Virus record (IMG/VR): IMGVR_UViG_3300036861_001106
Location: 45,531-109,530 of that record
Length of the DNA: 64,000 bases
Strand: one strand, 5' to 3'
DNA from: a virus
Of the stretch, positions 46,632 to 55,926 are shown in pieces. The position numbers were made by a program, and so were the translations under genes. Positions within the stretch are counted from its first letter, which is position 1. Every line of letters begins with the position of its first letter. Under the pieces are notes generated by a model, which searched no databases, was not told where the DNA came from, and was given only the letters and a program-made list of their open reading frames with translations.

Positions 46632-49600
46632 CTAGCCAGCGTGAAAGTCGGTGAGGATGACGCCAGGGGTTCCCTGCGTCGTGAGTTCCTCGCACGTTGA
46701 GAACGTCGCATCAAGCCAGGCGCGCTTGCCCTCGGCGCCGACACTGTGCTCGGCTGCAATCGCTCGCGCCTCCTCTGCCGTGGCAGCGCGCACCACAAGG
46801 CCATAGGTGCAGTCATAGGTGATCAACCACGGATTTTGCGCCTTCGTGTCAGGCAGCCCCTCTCTTTCTCGTAGCAGCCAGAGCTTCATGCCTCCTCCTT
46901 CGCGTGCTGCCGCGCTCGCCGTTCGTCCCGCCTCTCCACGTACAGCTCCACCGCCCGCAGGGGGTCCTCCAGGTAGCACTCAGCGAACAACACGCCGTCG
47001 AAGTCGTCCTTCGAGACGTCCTCATAGTGCACAGCGATGGAGACTGCGTCAGCCACCTGGTGGATAAAGTCGAGCCTCTCCTCTGGGCACTCCTTCTCCG
47101 CCGCGCACACGGTCATGCTAATTGGCTTTTGGACTCGGGTGATCGTGATCGGCCAGTCAGGCCGCAGGGTGCGTGCGACCATTGCGGCAATCGTCACCTG
47201 GTTGCGCCGGTAGGTCTCGAACTCCTCGTCGGTCACCTCCCAGCCGGCCGGCTTGATGGCACCCACTCGGAGGTGGGTCATGATCTTCTCGTCACTCATC
47301 CTCTGCGTCCTTCCACACCTCTGCTGAGACTGGGTACGTGCTGGTGCTGCCGGTCAACAGCCTCACCGGCACCCACACGCCCGGTGCCTTGCGGCCCTGG
47401 CGGGCGCGCGTGTGGTTCACCTGCGTCGCCGGCACCTCGCGCCGGCCCGGCTCGCTGCACAGCCACACCTCGCGCGTCACCGCGCGGGCGAAGCGGTAGA
47501 GCCGCACGCCGCCCCGCGTGTCCTCCACGGCGTACCACCACCTCACTGCCTGCCCTCCCACCACGCCTGGGCCTTCAGTGCCACCAGCAGGATCACGATG
47601 CCCACCAGCAGGGCCCCGCCCATGATCGCCCCTGGCGACAGCGTCTCGACGCCGCCGCGGGCCAACATCATCACCGCTGCACCTCTGCCACGTGCCTCAC
47701 GTTCATCTCTTGGCTCCTTTGTCGCCGTCCGCCTCCAGCCAGTGGTGCTTCCTTCGCCACTCTCGCAGCACCTTCTCGGGGTTTGGCTCAGTGCGGGCGT
47801 AGCGCAGCAGCAGCGCCTGCCCCACCGCCTCGCGCTCGTTGAGGTCATCCATGAGGGCGTTGTAGTCACTCCCCGACAGGTTGATGCTGTTGTAGGGGCT
47901 CATGTGGCGGTTGCGGCTCACCGTCGCACCTCCGCCACGCGCTCCATGATCACCAGGAAGCGCGCCCCGTTCGAGTACTGCACCACGGTGACCCCGCCCG
48001 GCGTCACCCGCCACCCCCGCCCCAGCCGCCCGCGCAGCTCGCTCGCCAGCTCGCTGTCCGTGCACCACACGAAGTCCTGCTGGCGCACCTGCTTGAGCAT
48101 CCCGCCGGTGGGGCCAAACCCCCCCGTCGTGCCCGGGCTCACCCGCTCCGCCTGTGCCTGCGTCACGTGGCAGAGCCCCGCGCCCGTGAGCGCCACGATG
48201 GCCAGGAGGCCAATGAGCGACCGGTGCTCCTGAAGTTGCAGCCGAAGTTCCTTGAGCATCACTCCTCCTTCATTGCGCGCTGCAGCTCAGCGAAGTCTTG
48301 GTCGACGGCGCGCATCGTCATCTGTAGGGCATCGCTGATTGCGCTTTGAATGCTGATCGTGTAAGTGGTCCTCCCATTGATGAAGATGTGGATGCATCCC
48401 CGCCACAGGTTCAATTCACCTTGGAAGTGAATCTCACCACGCACGTTTGGGGCGTAGAACTTTGTCCACCTGCCGTCGGGCAGCTCACGCCACCCTCTCA
48501 CTGCGTCTTGACTGTCCATTCTCCCCCCAGGAGCCGCTCCAGCTCCGCTGTCGCCGTTGCCTCGTGGCCCTGCCGCACGCCGCGCAGGGTCACCTCACTC
48601 CCTGCCTCGTTGCGGACCACCACCCGGCGCTCCTGCACCACCCGCGTCTCCACGGTGATCAGTTGCACGTTCCACTCCCCTCGGAGCGTGCCAGGATGAA
48701 CTCTGCTACCTCCGCGCGGAAGGCCACGTACCGCGCGTCCTGTGGGCTCCCCACCAGGCCAAACATGCCACTTGCTCCCTGTGGGTCACCTCGTTCCATG
48801 TTCTCGGTGGTCAGGCCGACCATGATTTCAGCCGGCGCAAAGCCACTCGCCTGCGCCAGGATAGCAAGCGTTTCCCCGAACTTTAGTGCCGCCGCCGTGG
48901 CCTCCTGCTCGGTTGTTGCCTTTCCCCGGAGGCGGCTCCAGGTTCCCTCATTCACGGTCACGAGGATCTCCACCTCGCCCCCGCGGCGTTGCACGCGGGC
49001 CATGAACTCCTCAGCGAATTGAACGCGCTCCACAGTCATCGTCTCCCTCCCGGCAGGAGCCCAAAGCCCCCTGCCAGCACCAGGCACGTCATGGCGATCA
49101 CCACGCCGTTCACCGCCCACCCCACCAGGCTCGGGCACACCTGCATGCCGAGCCAGCCAACGAGGAGCCACCCGAGGAACCTCATCGGTCTGCCTCCGTC
49201 GGCGCAGTGAACTTGTCACCCCACGCGCACTCCACTGGGATGGCCACGAGCAGGCACTCTCGCTCCTCCAGCCAGGGCCCACGCCGCACTTTCTCATCGG
49301 CAGACTCCCAGAAGCAGGGTTGGAGGCTCTGCCACCGACCATAGTCTTCAGACATCACTCCAACCAGCTCATAGCCCCCGCCGATGCGGCCCTCGCGCGT
49401 GTTGGTGATTCGGCCGCGCCCCAGGACGAAGCCCTGCGACGCCGCCAAGCCCTCGACCACGCCGCGCTTGAAGTCCTCAGGCAGCTCTTTCAATCCCGTC
49501 TCCCTCCTCACAACACCCGGTGGCGCAGCGCCGTCTCGTCGCCGTACAGGGTGCAGGCCAGCGCCGCCATCACTGCCCGGTTCGCCTCCTCCACCGTTCG

Positions 49601-50078
49601 CAGGGGCCACGGCACGCGCAGGTGCCCCTTGCAGTCCAGGGGGAACAGGCGCGCGTCGGCGAGCAACTCGTTGAGCCGCCGCAGCTCCCCCGTCAGGCAG
49701 TCCACCCGGTGGGTGCCCCCGGTGGGCCGGTGGCCAATCGTCCCCTTGCTGCGGTAGATCGTGATCACCTCCGCGCCCGGCGGGAGCAGCCGGCGGAGGG
49801 TCATCAGCGCCCGGTCCTGCGCCTCCGCCTCGCACGCCCCGTGCGTTCCTGTGAGCCTCACCTCAGACCTCCTTTTTCACCAGCTCAACCACGCGCCGCG
49901 CCTCACCACTGTGTGCGACCACGCGCTGGGCACTCTCGCGTGTCAAGGTGAACCCCGCACTCCGGTAGGTCCCCAGCGTGCGCCGGAATACTTGGTTGGC
50001 GAACCCCTCGTCGTCGTCCGACCAGGCGCTGATCAGCGTCCCCGTCTCCGCGTCCGTGGTCTGCACCTGCCACCTCAT
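46632..50078 (-). other. array of small hypothetical early genes
   Basis: tightly coupled short ORFs with SD and overlapping stop/start. Confidence 0.6.
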
Positions 50079-51361
50079 TTGTCCTCCCTCTGGAACTTGT
50101 ACTCGTACCCGTCGCACCTATGAACTTTCTTGCAGGCGCGGTGAGTGACTTCAATACTGCCACCTATTTTAAATGACCCAGAGGCCCTGACTGCCACGCG
50201 TCCAACGTGGGTCATTCTGACCTCCTTTCTTGTTACCGTCGCGCTCACGATGTCTCCCGTTTGAAATCCGAAGTGCAGCTTCTTTCGGGTTCGGTGCCTC
50301 GTGGGGAATCCATGCGCGTTCAGGCCGCACATCTGTCGCTTTCCCCACCCTGTGGCCTTGATGCTGAGGGGGCGAATTCCCCTGACTTGAAGCTGTTCCG
50401 GTGTGCTCGCGCCAACGCAGGCTGCATCAAGCCAGTGCTCCTTTGGCAGTCCCAGGCGCGTTCGGTTGAACTTCGTGCGCCCGCCAGTGCCAACTTCAAT
50501 CGGCAGCCCAGTTGCTGTCAGCCGTCGCCACAGGACCCACCGCGTTGCGTTGACTGCCGCCGCGTCCTTGAGTGGGGCCTTCAGCCCGGCGAGGATCTTC
50601 TTCAGGACCTCAGGGTGTCTGGCCAGGAACTCCTCCACTGGCCGGTTGCTCTTGGCCTGGTTGCACGGCCCACACGCGAGGGTGAGGTTCGAGACGCGGT
50701 GCGTGCCGCCTCCATCGCGCGGGCGCACGTGTTCCACCTGGAGCGGGACGTGTTCCGCATTACAGTAGGCGCACCTCCGGCCCCACTTCTCCAGCAAGTA
50801 CTCCCGCACCTCATAGCCAGCCAGCTCACCCTGCTGGTACTCGACTCCTGTCACCTCCGGGTTCTGCAACGCCTGGGTGTCGAAGCGCACCGTCTCCACG
50901 CTTAGTGCGCCAACGGGCGCGAACCGGCACAGGCGGCCCACCCACGTCTCCACGTTGGCCACCCGGCTCTCCAGCGACGGCGGCAGCCAACCCTCCCGTC
51001 GGGTGCGGTTGTCAAAGCGTGGCTTGCGGTAGCGCGTCTTCCGGTTTCGGCGGTTGCGTCGAACTGCGCTTCGTTTCTTCATGCACTTCTCAATGAGCAT
51101 GCCATGGTGCTCGACCTCTGCGGCGAAGATGACGGTCGCTGCCACGTCGTCCACAAGGGCAACCCCTGTGACCTTGCTGCCTGGGTCCAACTTCAGGCGC
51201 AGGGGGCGTGGCGTGGCGTCCACCACCTGTCGCCGCAGGATGATGGTGAAGGGAAAGCGCCGCAGCACGGCCGCTCTTCCCGTGGCCAGCAACTTCCGCG
51301 CCACTGCGGCGTGGCAGGGCGTCAGCGGCTGGCGATCCGCGTTCAGGACAAAAACTCGCAT
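50075..51361 (-). CDS. iscB: IscB RNA-guided endonuclease (428 aa; PLMP, split RuvC, bridge helix, HNH)
   Basis: MRVFVL...PLTPCH, LKLDPGSK (RuvC-I), RRNRRNRKTRYRKPRFDNR, VETVRFD (RuvC-II), CAYC...EHVRP...SNLTLAC..CN..K (HNH), HWLDAACVG (RuvC-III). Confidence 0.95.
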   Translation of the reverse strand: MRVFVLNADRQPLTPCHAAVARKLLATGRAAVLRRFPFTIILRRQVVDATPRPLRLKLDPGSKVTGVALVDDVAATVIFAAEVEHHGMLIEKCMKKRSAVRRNRRNRKTRYRKPRFDNRTRREGWLPPSLESRVANVETWVGRLCRFAPVGALSVETVRFDTQALQNPEVTGVEYQQGELAGYEVREYLLEKWGRRCAYCNAEHVPLQVEHVRPRDGGGTHRVSNLTLACGPCNQAKSNRPVEEFLARHPEVLKKILAGLKAPLKDAAAVNATRWVLWRRLTATGLPIEVGTGGRTKFNRTRLGLPKEHWLDAACVGASTPEQLQVRGIRPLSIKATGWGKRQMCGLNAHGFPTRHRTRKKLHFGFQTGDIVSATVTRKEVRMTHVGRVAVRASGSFKIGGSIEVTHRACKKVHRCDGYEYKFQREDK

Positions 51362-51619
51362 CGCTGCGAACTCCTCTCGCGAGGGTAAGGTTTGCCTCGA
51401 CGATGTTAGCAGGCGGCCGTCTCCCGGACTCACTGTGGCACCCACGTGAACCTCGCTTAAAGCCCGGGTTACAGGGCGGCAGGCTGGCAACGCACCCGCC
51501 GGTGTGAACTTGGGCGCTCTCTGCTAACGTAGCCCGTTGACCGGCTGACGCCGGTCCTGGCTGGGTCTGGTCTGCCAGGGAGCGAGTTAACCTCGCTCCC
51601 ATGCGCGCGTGGGGCAGAC
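51362..51619 (-). ncRNA. omegaRNA scaffold
   Basis: directly upstream of iscB; 5' stem GTCTGCC/GGCAGAC followed by CAGAC, CTACGTT, GGGTGC..GCCAGCC and AACATCGTCGAGGCAAACCTTACC elements typical of omegaRNAs. Confidence 0.85.
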
Positions 51620-51841
51620 GAACCGTGGCCAATGCGCGGGCGGCTGGAACCTCTCGCTCCCATGCGCGCGTGGGGCAGACTTGTCGCGAATGAGGCCGGA
51701 GTGGCGGAACAGCCTGCCTCCCGCGCGCGCGTGGGGCAGACTGGTGGACCCAGCTACGGTCGCCCAACGTCGCCCTGCCTCCCGCGCGTGTGTGGGACAG
51801 ATGACCGGGCCGATGACCTCCCGCGCGTGTGTGGGGCAGAC
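51591..51841 (-). CRISPR. mini CRISPR-like array: five 29-nt repeats, three 32-nt spacers and one 10-nt remnant
   Basis: repeats at 51591, 51652, 51713, 51774, 51813; (-) consensus GTCTGCCCCACRCRCGCRYGGGAG(CG/GC)AGG; period 61, 61, 61, 39. Confidence 0.85.
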
Positions 51842-51842
51842 C

Positions 51843-53434
51843 TCATTGCCCTCGTCCCTTCCACCACGCCATGCAGAACCCCACAATGAGCGCCACGAGC
51901 CAGATGAGCAGGAACAGCCCTAGAGTCCGCGCGTCGATCACTGTGCTGCCCCGGGCCACTCAAAGCTGAATGGCTCAACCGCCTCCCCGGCCATGAACTG
52001 CGCGATCTTCTCCCCTACGGCATCAGGTAGCCGCACGGTGGCCTCACCTTCAATGAAGACTACCAGGCAGCCGACGCTCCTGAACCTCACCCCTGCCGCC
52101 TTGAGTGCCACTGCCACGCAGCAGTGCGTTGTTGCTCGCTCACCCACGGTCAGGGCCTCGCGTGCCTGGGCGATGTGCTCCGCTGTCACCTCAATCCGCA
52201 TCGTCACTTGCCTCCCGCTGTGCCGCCTCAATCTCGTCGGCCAGCCGCTCCCAGTCGAGCGCGCACTTCCGCCAGTCCGCCGCCGCGCGCTCGTGAAACT
52301 CGCGCCACTCTGCCCGGCGCCACCACCGCCGCGCCTGTGCCGCCACCTCATGCTCGCGCACCAGCTCATAGCACCTTGCTGCTTGGGCGCGGAACCACTT
52401 GGTGTCTGCCATTGCCGCCTGGGGGAACATTGCTACTTTCCTGCGCAGCCACTCGTTGTCTGCCATGGTCGCCTCCTGCACCCTCTGTGCCAGTCTGCCG
52501 TTGCTTCCTCACGACGCAGTGTTGTGCCGCTCCGCGACCGCCCAGAAGAGGGCATCGAACTCCACCGGCAGCAGGTCGTCCAGCGGGCAGCCGTCCTCGT
52601 CGACGTTCCGCGCCCCGTTGTGGCTGTCGACGGGCTCGATGCAGATGCTCCAGCCCTGCGCCGTCACCTCCCGCTGGAGGTCCGCCGCGAACTCGCGGAC
52701 GTCGCCAGCCCAGAGCGGACCCAGCATCGCCGCGTCAATCTGGTACGTAATTGGTTCCACGCCGCTACCTCCGGCCTTCTTCCTCACGCCTCCACCTCCC
52801 GCCACCGCCCCTGCGCCACCCGCCGCGCCTGCCGCGCCGCCCGCCGCTCCTGCTGGCGCAGCGTGCGCTCAAACTCGCGCTCTGCCGCCTCCGCTGCCAG
52901 CTCGGCGCGCTGCGCCTTCGCCTCCAGCCACTGCCTCACTGCTCGGTCCATCCCTCTCCTCTTTCCCTACTCGTACGCCGCGCCCCGCGCGTCCAGCTCC
53001 TCCTCACAGTCCGCCTGCTGCGCCTCCCAGCGGTGGACGTCCTCATCGAGGTGCTGCCACTCCTTCAGTCCCTTCGCCGCGAAGGCGCGCTTGATCCGGG
53101 CAATTGCCGCCTGCGCGCGGGCCTCTGTCCAGTAGGCCCGCAGCGCCTCCGTGTCCAGGTCTTGTAGGCTTCTCATTGCGCCTCCGGGTCGACCGTCGTC
53201 TCGATCACCTCGCACCGCACGAGGCGGTACTCTTCCCGCATTGGCGAATTCAACGCGGTTGGGCTCCTCTTCTCCCAGTCACGCCGCTCCTCCACCGCGA
53301 GGTTGTAGCGCGCCCGAGCGAGCTGCTCGTTGGTCGTGCGGGTGCTCCCGCTCACCGGTTCCATCTCCGACCAATCGGTGGCCTGACCGACGAATCGTTT
53401 CTCCACAACGTAAAAAGTCATCACCTCACTCCTC
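51843..53434 (-). other. array of small hypothetical early genes
   Basis: coupled short ORFs. Confidence 0.55.
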
Positions 53435-54076
53435 CTAAACCTGCGCCCCACGCCCGCGGGCGAAGGTGCACGCCTCCTGCCACCCCAGCGCCGTGAAGAT
53501 GCCGCTCTTCGGGCCAAAGTAGCCATTCCCCGGCTCCTCGAAGAACCTGTACCTAACGGCGTGGTCTCCAGGTGACCAAGTAGCGACGTACAAGCCGACT
53601 GCCTTGCATGCTTCTTGAAGTCTTTCCAATCGCGTCTTCTTTCCAGTCATTCGATTTCTTTCCTGTCGCTTCTCGCGTCTTTGTGAGTTTTTGCATTCTC
53701 GGCAGACTCGCCGTCCTCGCTTGTCTTTGGGGCCATAAGGATGCCCGTGAGGACAGTGGGTCTTATTGGCAAGTATTGTAGCCGCACCGTCTTCTTCCTT
53801 GATATGCTCCGCTGCTGTTTTCGGCTCCAGGTGCTCAAAGTTAGCGCAGGCGCGATTTCGACATCGATGATGCAATTGCTGATCCTCCGTTAGAGGCTCA
53901 ACGAAGTGCGCATAAACGACTCTGTGAACAACATGCGCTTTCCTACTCATGCGTGCTTCGCCATACCCGCGCGTGTTTAACCTTGGGTACTCCCAGCATC
54001 CCGTTTCGAGCGCGCTTGGCTCGCAAATCTTCAGGCGCAGGAGGACTTCTCCAATCGTAAGCGTTGGCATCGGCAT
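53435..54076 (-). CDS. HNH endonuclease reading in frame into a downstream small gene
   Basis: CWEY...GYG...HRVVY...HHRCRNRACAN..HL, KTHCPHGHPY...CREC; internal ATG at ~53650. Confidence 0.8.
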   Translation of the reverse strand: MPMPTLTIGEVLLRLKICEPSALETGCWEYPRLNTRGYGEARMSRKAHVVHRVVYAHFVEPLTEDQQLHHRCRNRACANFEHLEPKTAAEHIKEEDGAATILANKTHCPHGHPYGPKDKRGRRVCRECKNSQRREKRQERNRMTGKKTRLERLQEACKAVGLYVATWSPGDHAVRYRFFEEPGNGYFGPKSGIFTALGWQEACTFARGRGAQV

Positions 54077-54886
54077 CAGTTTACCCCGTCACCTGGGCTG
54101 TAGGTTGTCACGTAGAGCCCCACCTTCTCACATGCAGCCTGCAGTTGTTCAAGCCGTGTCATCTTCGTCAGCCCTACCCTCTCGCAAGTCGCTCGCAGTC
54201 GTTCTAGTCGTGTCATCGTCAAATCCACGCCCGTTCAAGCTTGTACGCCCCGCGCTCGTCCCGCGTGTCAGCACCCCAGAGCGCGTGCATCAGGTCGTAG
54301 ACGACCGCAAATCCCATGTCCATGCCCCCGCCTTCCACGATCAGCCCCTCATGGTCCTTGTGGTGGTGGTACATGCCTGTCGCAGCAATGAGCCTGTTCA
54401 GGTGGAACGGTCCCCCCTTCGGGTGCCACTCGTTTGTGTGCCACGTGAAGAAGCCAATCACGCGCCGACTACTCCCCTTCCGCCAGTGCCGCAGCACGCA
54501 GTACACTGTCGTGCCCGCTGGGCAGACCTCTCTCAAGCCCTCAAGCGCTTCCTCTCGCGTCATCATTGTTCCATCCTCCTACCCTACTTATCGGTCGCTC
54601 GCCCGCCTCTCTCAATCAATCCTTTGGTGGATTCCCGCGTGTCAGCCTCAGGAAGGCAATCACCTCCCGCTCTGCGTTCACGACGCGCTCCAGCGCCCAC
54701 CTGCACGCCTCCGCGTCGCCCGCGCAGGCGAGGTCGCTTGTGCCCTCCGCCTCCCCGTCGCTCGTCTTGACGTCAAACCCCGCGAGCGTGAGGATCTCCT
54801 TCACGCGCCGGGCCTGCCGCTTCTCGGCGAACGTCGTGAGGTACCCGTACTCCTTTGTCACCACGCCTCTACCTCCGTCCTGGCTT

Positions 54887-55360
54887 CTAGTAGCGTCGCG
54901 AGATCCAATTGGTTGCGGCCGTCATGTCAAAGATCCGAAACTGTCGTCCTGCCGGAGCAAGCTGGACTGCCAGGCGTTGCATTGCAGCGGTCGCCGCCGC
55001 CCCGCGTGGGGTTGTCCAGTGGTCGCCTGACAGCACAAGGATTCCTTCTGCCGTTGGCCACTGGAAGAGCCCATTCAGTAGGACGTACGGAATCTTCTCA
55101 TCGCAACTGCCGCTGACACCTTGATGCTTCACCTCGATCGTCACTGTGGGGGTGCCATCCTGAAACAGGAGAAAGTCGACAACCCCCGCCGTTTGGTAAA
55201 TCGTGGTGAATGGAAACTCCCTGACGGCAATCAGGTCGTTAGCTCGCTCGCGGGCCCAGCGTGCGTGAGGCATGACCTTTACGCCCCGCGCAGTCAGTGC
55301 CATTGCAATGACCTCCTCGCCGGAGGCACGCCCGCGTGTGGTCTCCCCGCCGCCGGCCAT
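54887..55360 (-). CDS. PD-(D/E)XK restriction endonuclease-like protein
   Basis: VDFLL...IEVKHQGVSGSCDEKIPY; TAATG coupling to the MTase. Confidence 0.7.
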   Translation of the reverse strand: MAGGGETTRGRASGEEVIAMALTARGVKVMPHARWARERANDLIAVREFPFTTIYQTAGVVDFLLFQDGTPTVTIEVKHQGVSGSCDEKIPYVLLNGLFQWPTAEGILVLSGDHWTTPRGAAATAAMQRLAVQLAPAGRQFRIFDMTAATNWISRRY

Positions 55361-55926
55361 TACTCGCCTCCCCCACACCGGAGCACAGTTCCAAAGTCGG
55401 CGAACACCCGCGCAAAGCGCGTGGCATCAGGCCCAAAGTAGAGGAAGGCCTGTCCCCGCGTGTTTCCACTGACGCGCTTCCCGTCGATGTTCTCAAACCC
55501 GATGCGGTGGTTCGTGAAGCACACCGCAGTCGCGGTGCCTAGGAGCAGTTGAAAGAACCTCGTCTCGGTCGCGTTGTTGACGAGGACGATCCCTGCCTGA
55601 AATCGCCCGCTGTGGAAGGCTGCCACGAACTGCTGACACGCTTCAAGCACGAGCGCGCCAGAGTACGGCGGGTTCATCCAACAACTGCTCACCTCGGGCC
55701 ACTTCGGGCCCGCAGGCGCCGGCCGCTGGGCCGTGAAGAAGATGCGCGCCCCAACGCGCTCGTTTGCTGCCACGCTGGAGTACGGGTCAAGGTCGATTCC
55801 GCCCAGCACCCCGCGCGCCGCGTCAAGGTACCGCGCCGGCGTGTTCCACGAATCCGAATCCCGTGCCTCACTGCCTGGGGTCCGTCCAATGTACCCCAGG
55901 TGTTCCTTTGCCGCTGTTGTCACCAC
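55360..55926 (-). CDS. phage Dam-like N6-adenine DNA methyltransferase
   Basis: SDSWNTP, IDLDPYS, WMNPPYS, LVNNATET.FFQ, RIGF. Confidence 0.9.
   Translation of the reverse strand: MVTTAAKEHLGYIGRTPGSEARDSDSWNTPARYLDAARGVLGGIDLDPYSSVAANERVGARIFFTAQRPAPAGPKWPEVSSCWMNPPYSGALVLEACQQFVAAFHSGRFQAGIVLVNNATETRFFQLLLGTATAVCFTNHRIGFENIDGKRVSGNTRGQAFLYFGPDATRFARVFADFGTVLRCGGGE

Noticed and set aside
51362-51490. 43-aa N-terminal extension of IscB in the ORF track
   Set aside because: It overlaps the omegaRNA; the family N-terminus (MRVFVL) and SD GAGGAG point to a start at 51361.
51620-51773. Self-targeting by array spacers within this window
   Set aside because: No match noticed by eye; needs an alignment to exclude.
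51591-51841. Array as part of a stand-alone class 1 CRISPR-Cas locus
   Set aside because: No cas genes or AT-rich leader in the window, and the terminal repeat is structurally part of the omegaRNA. Use by host Cascade in trans cannot be excluded.
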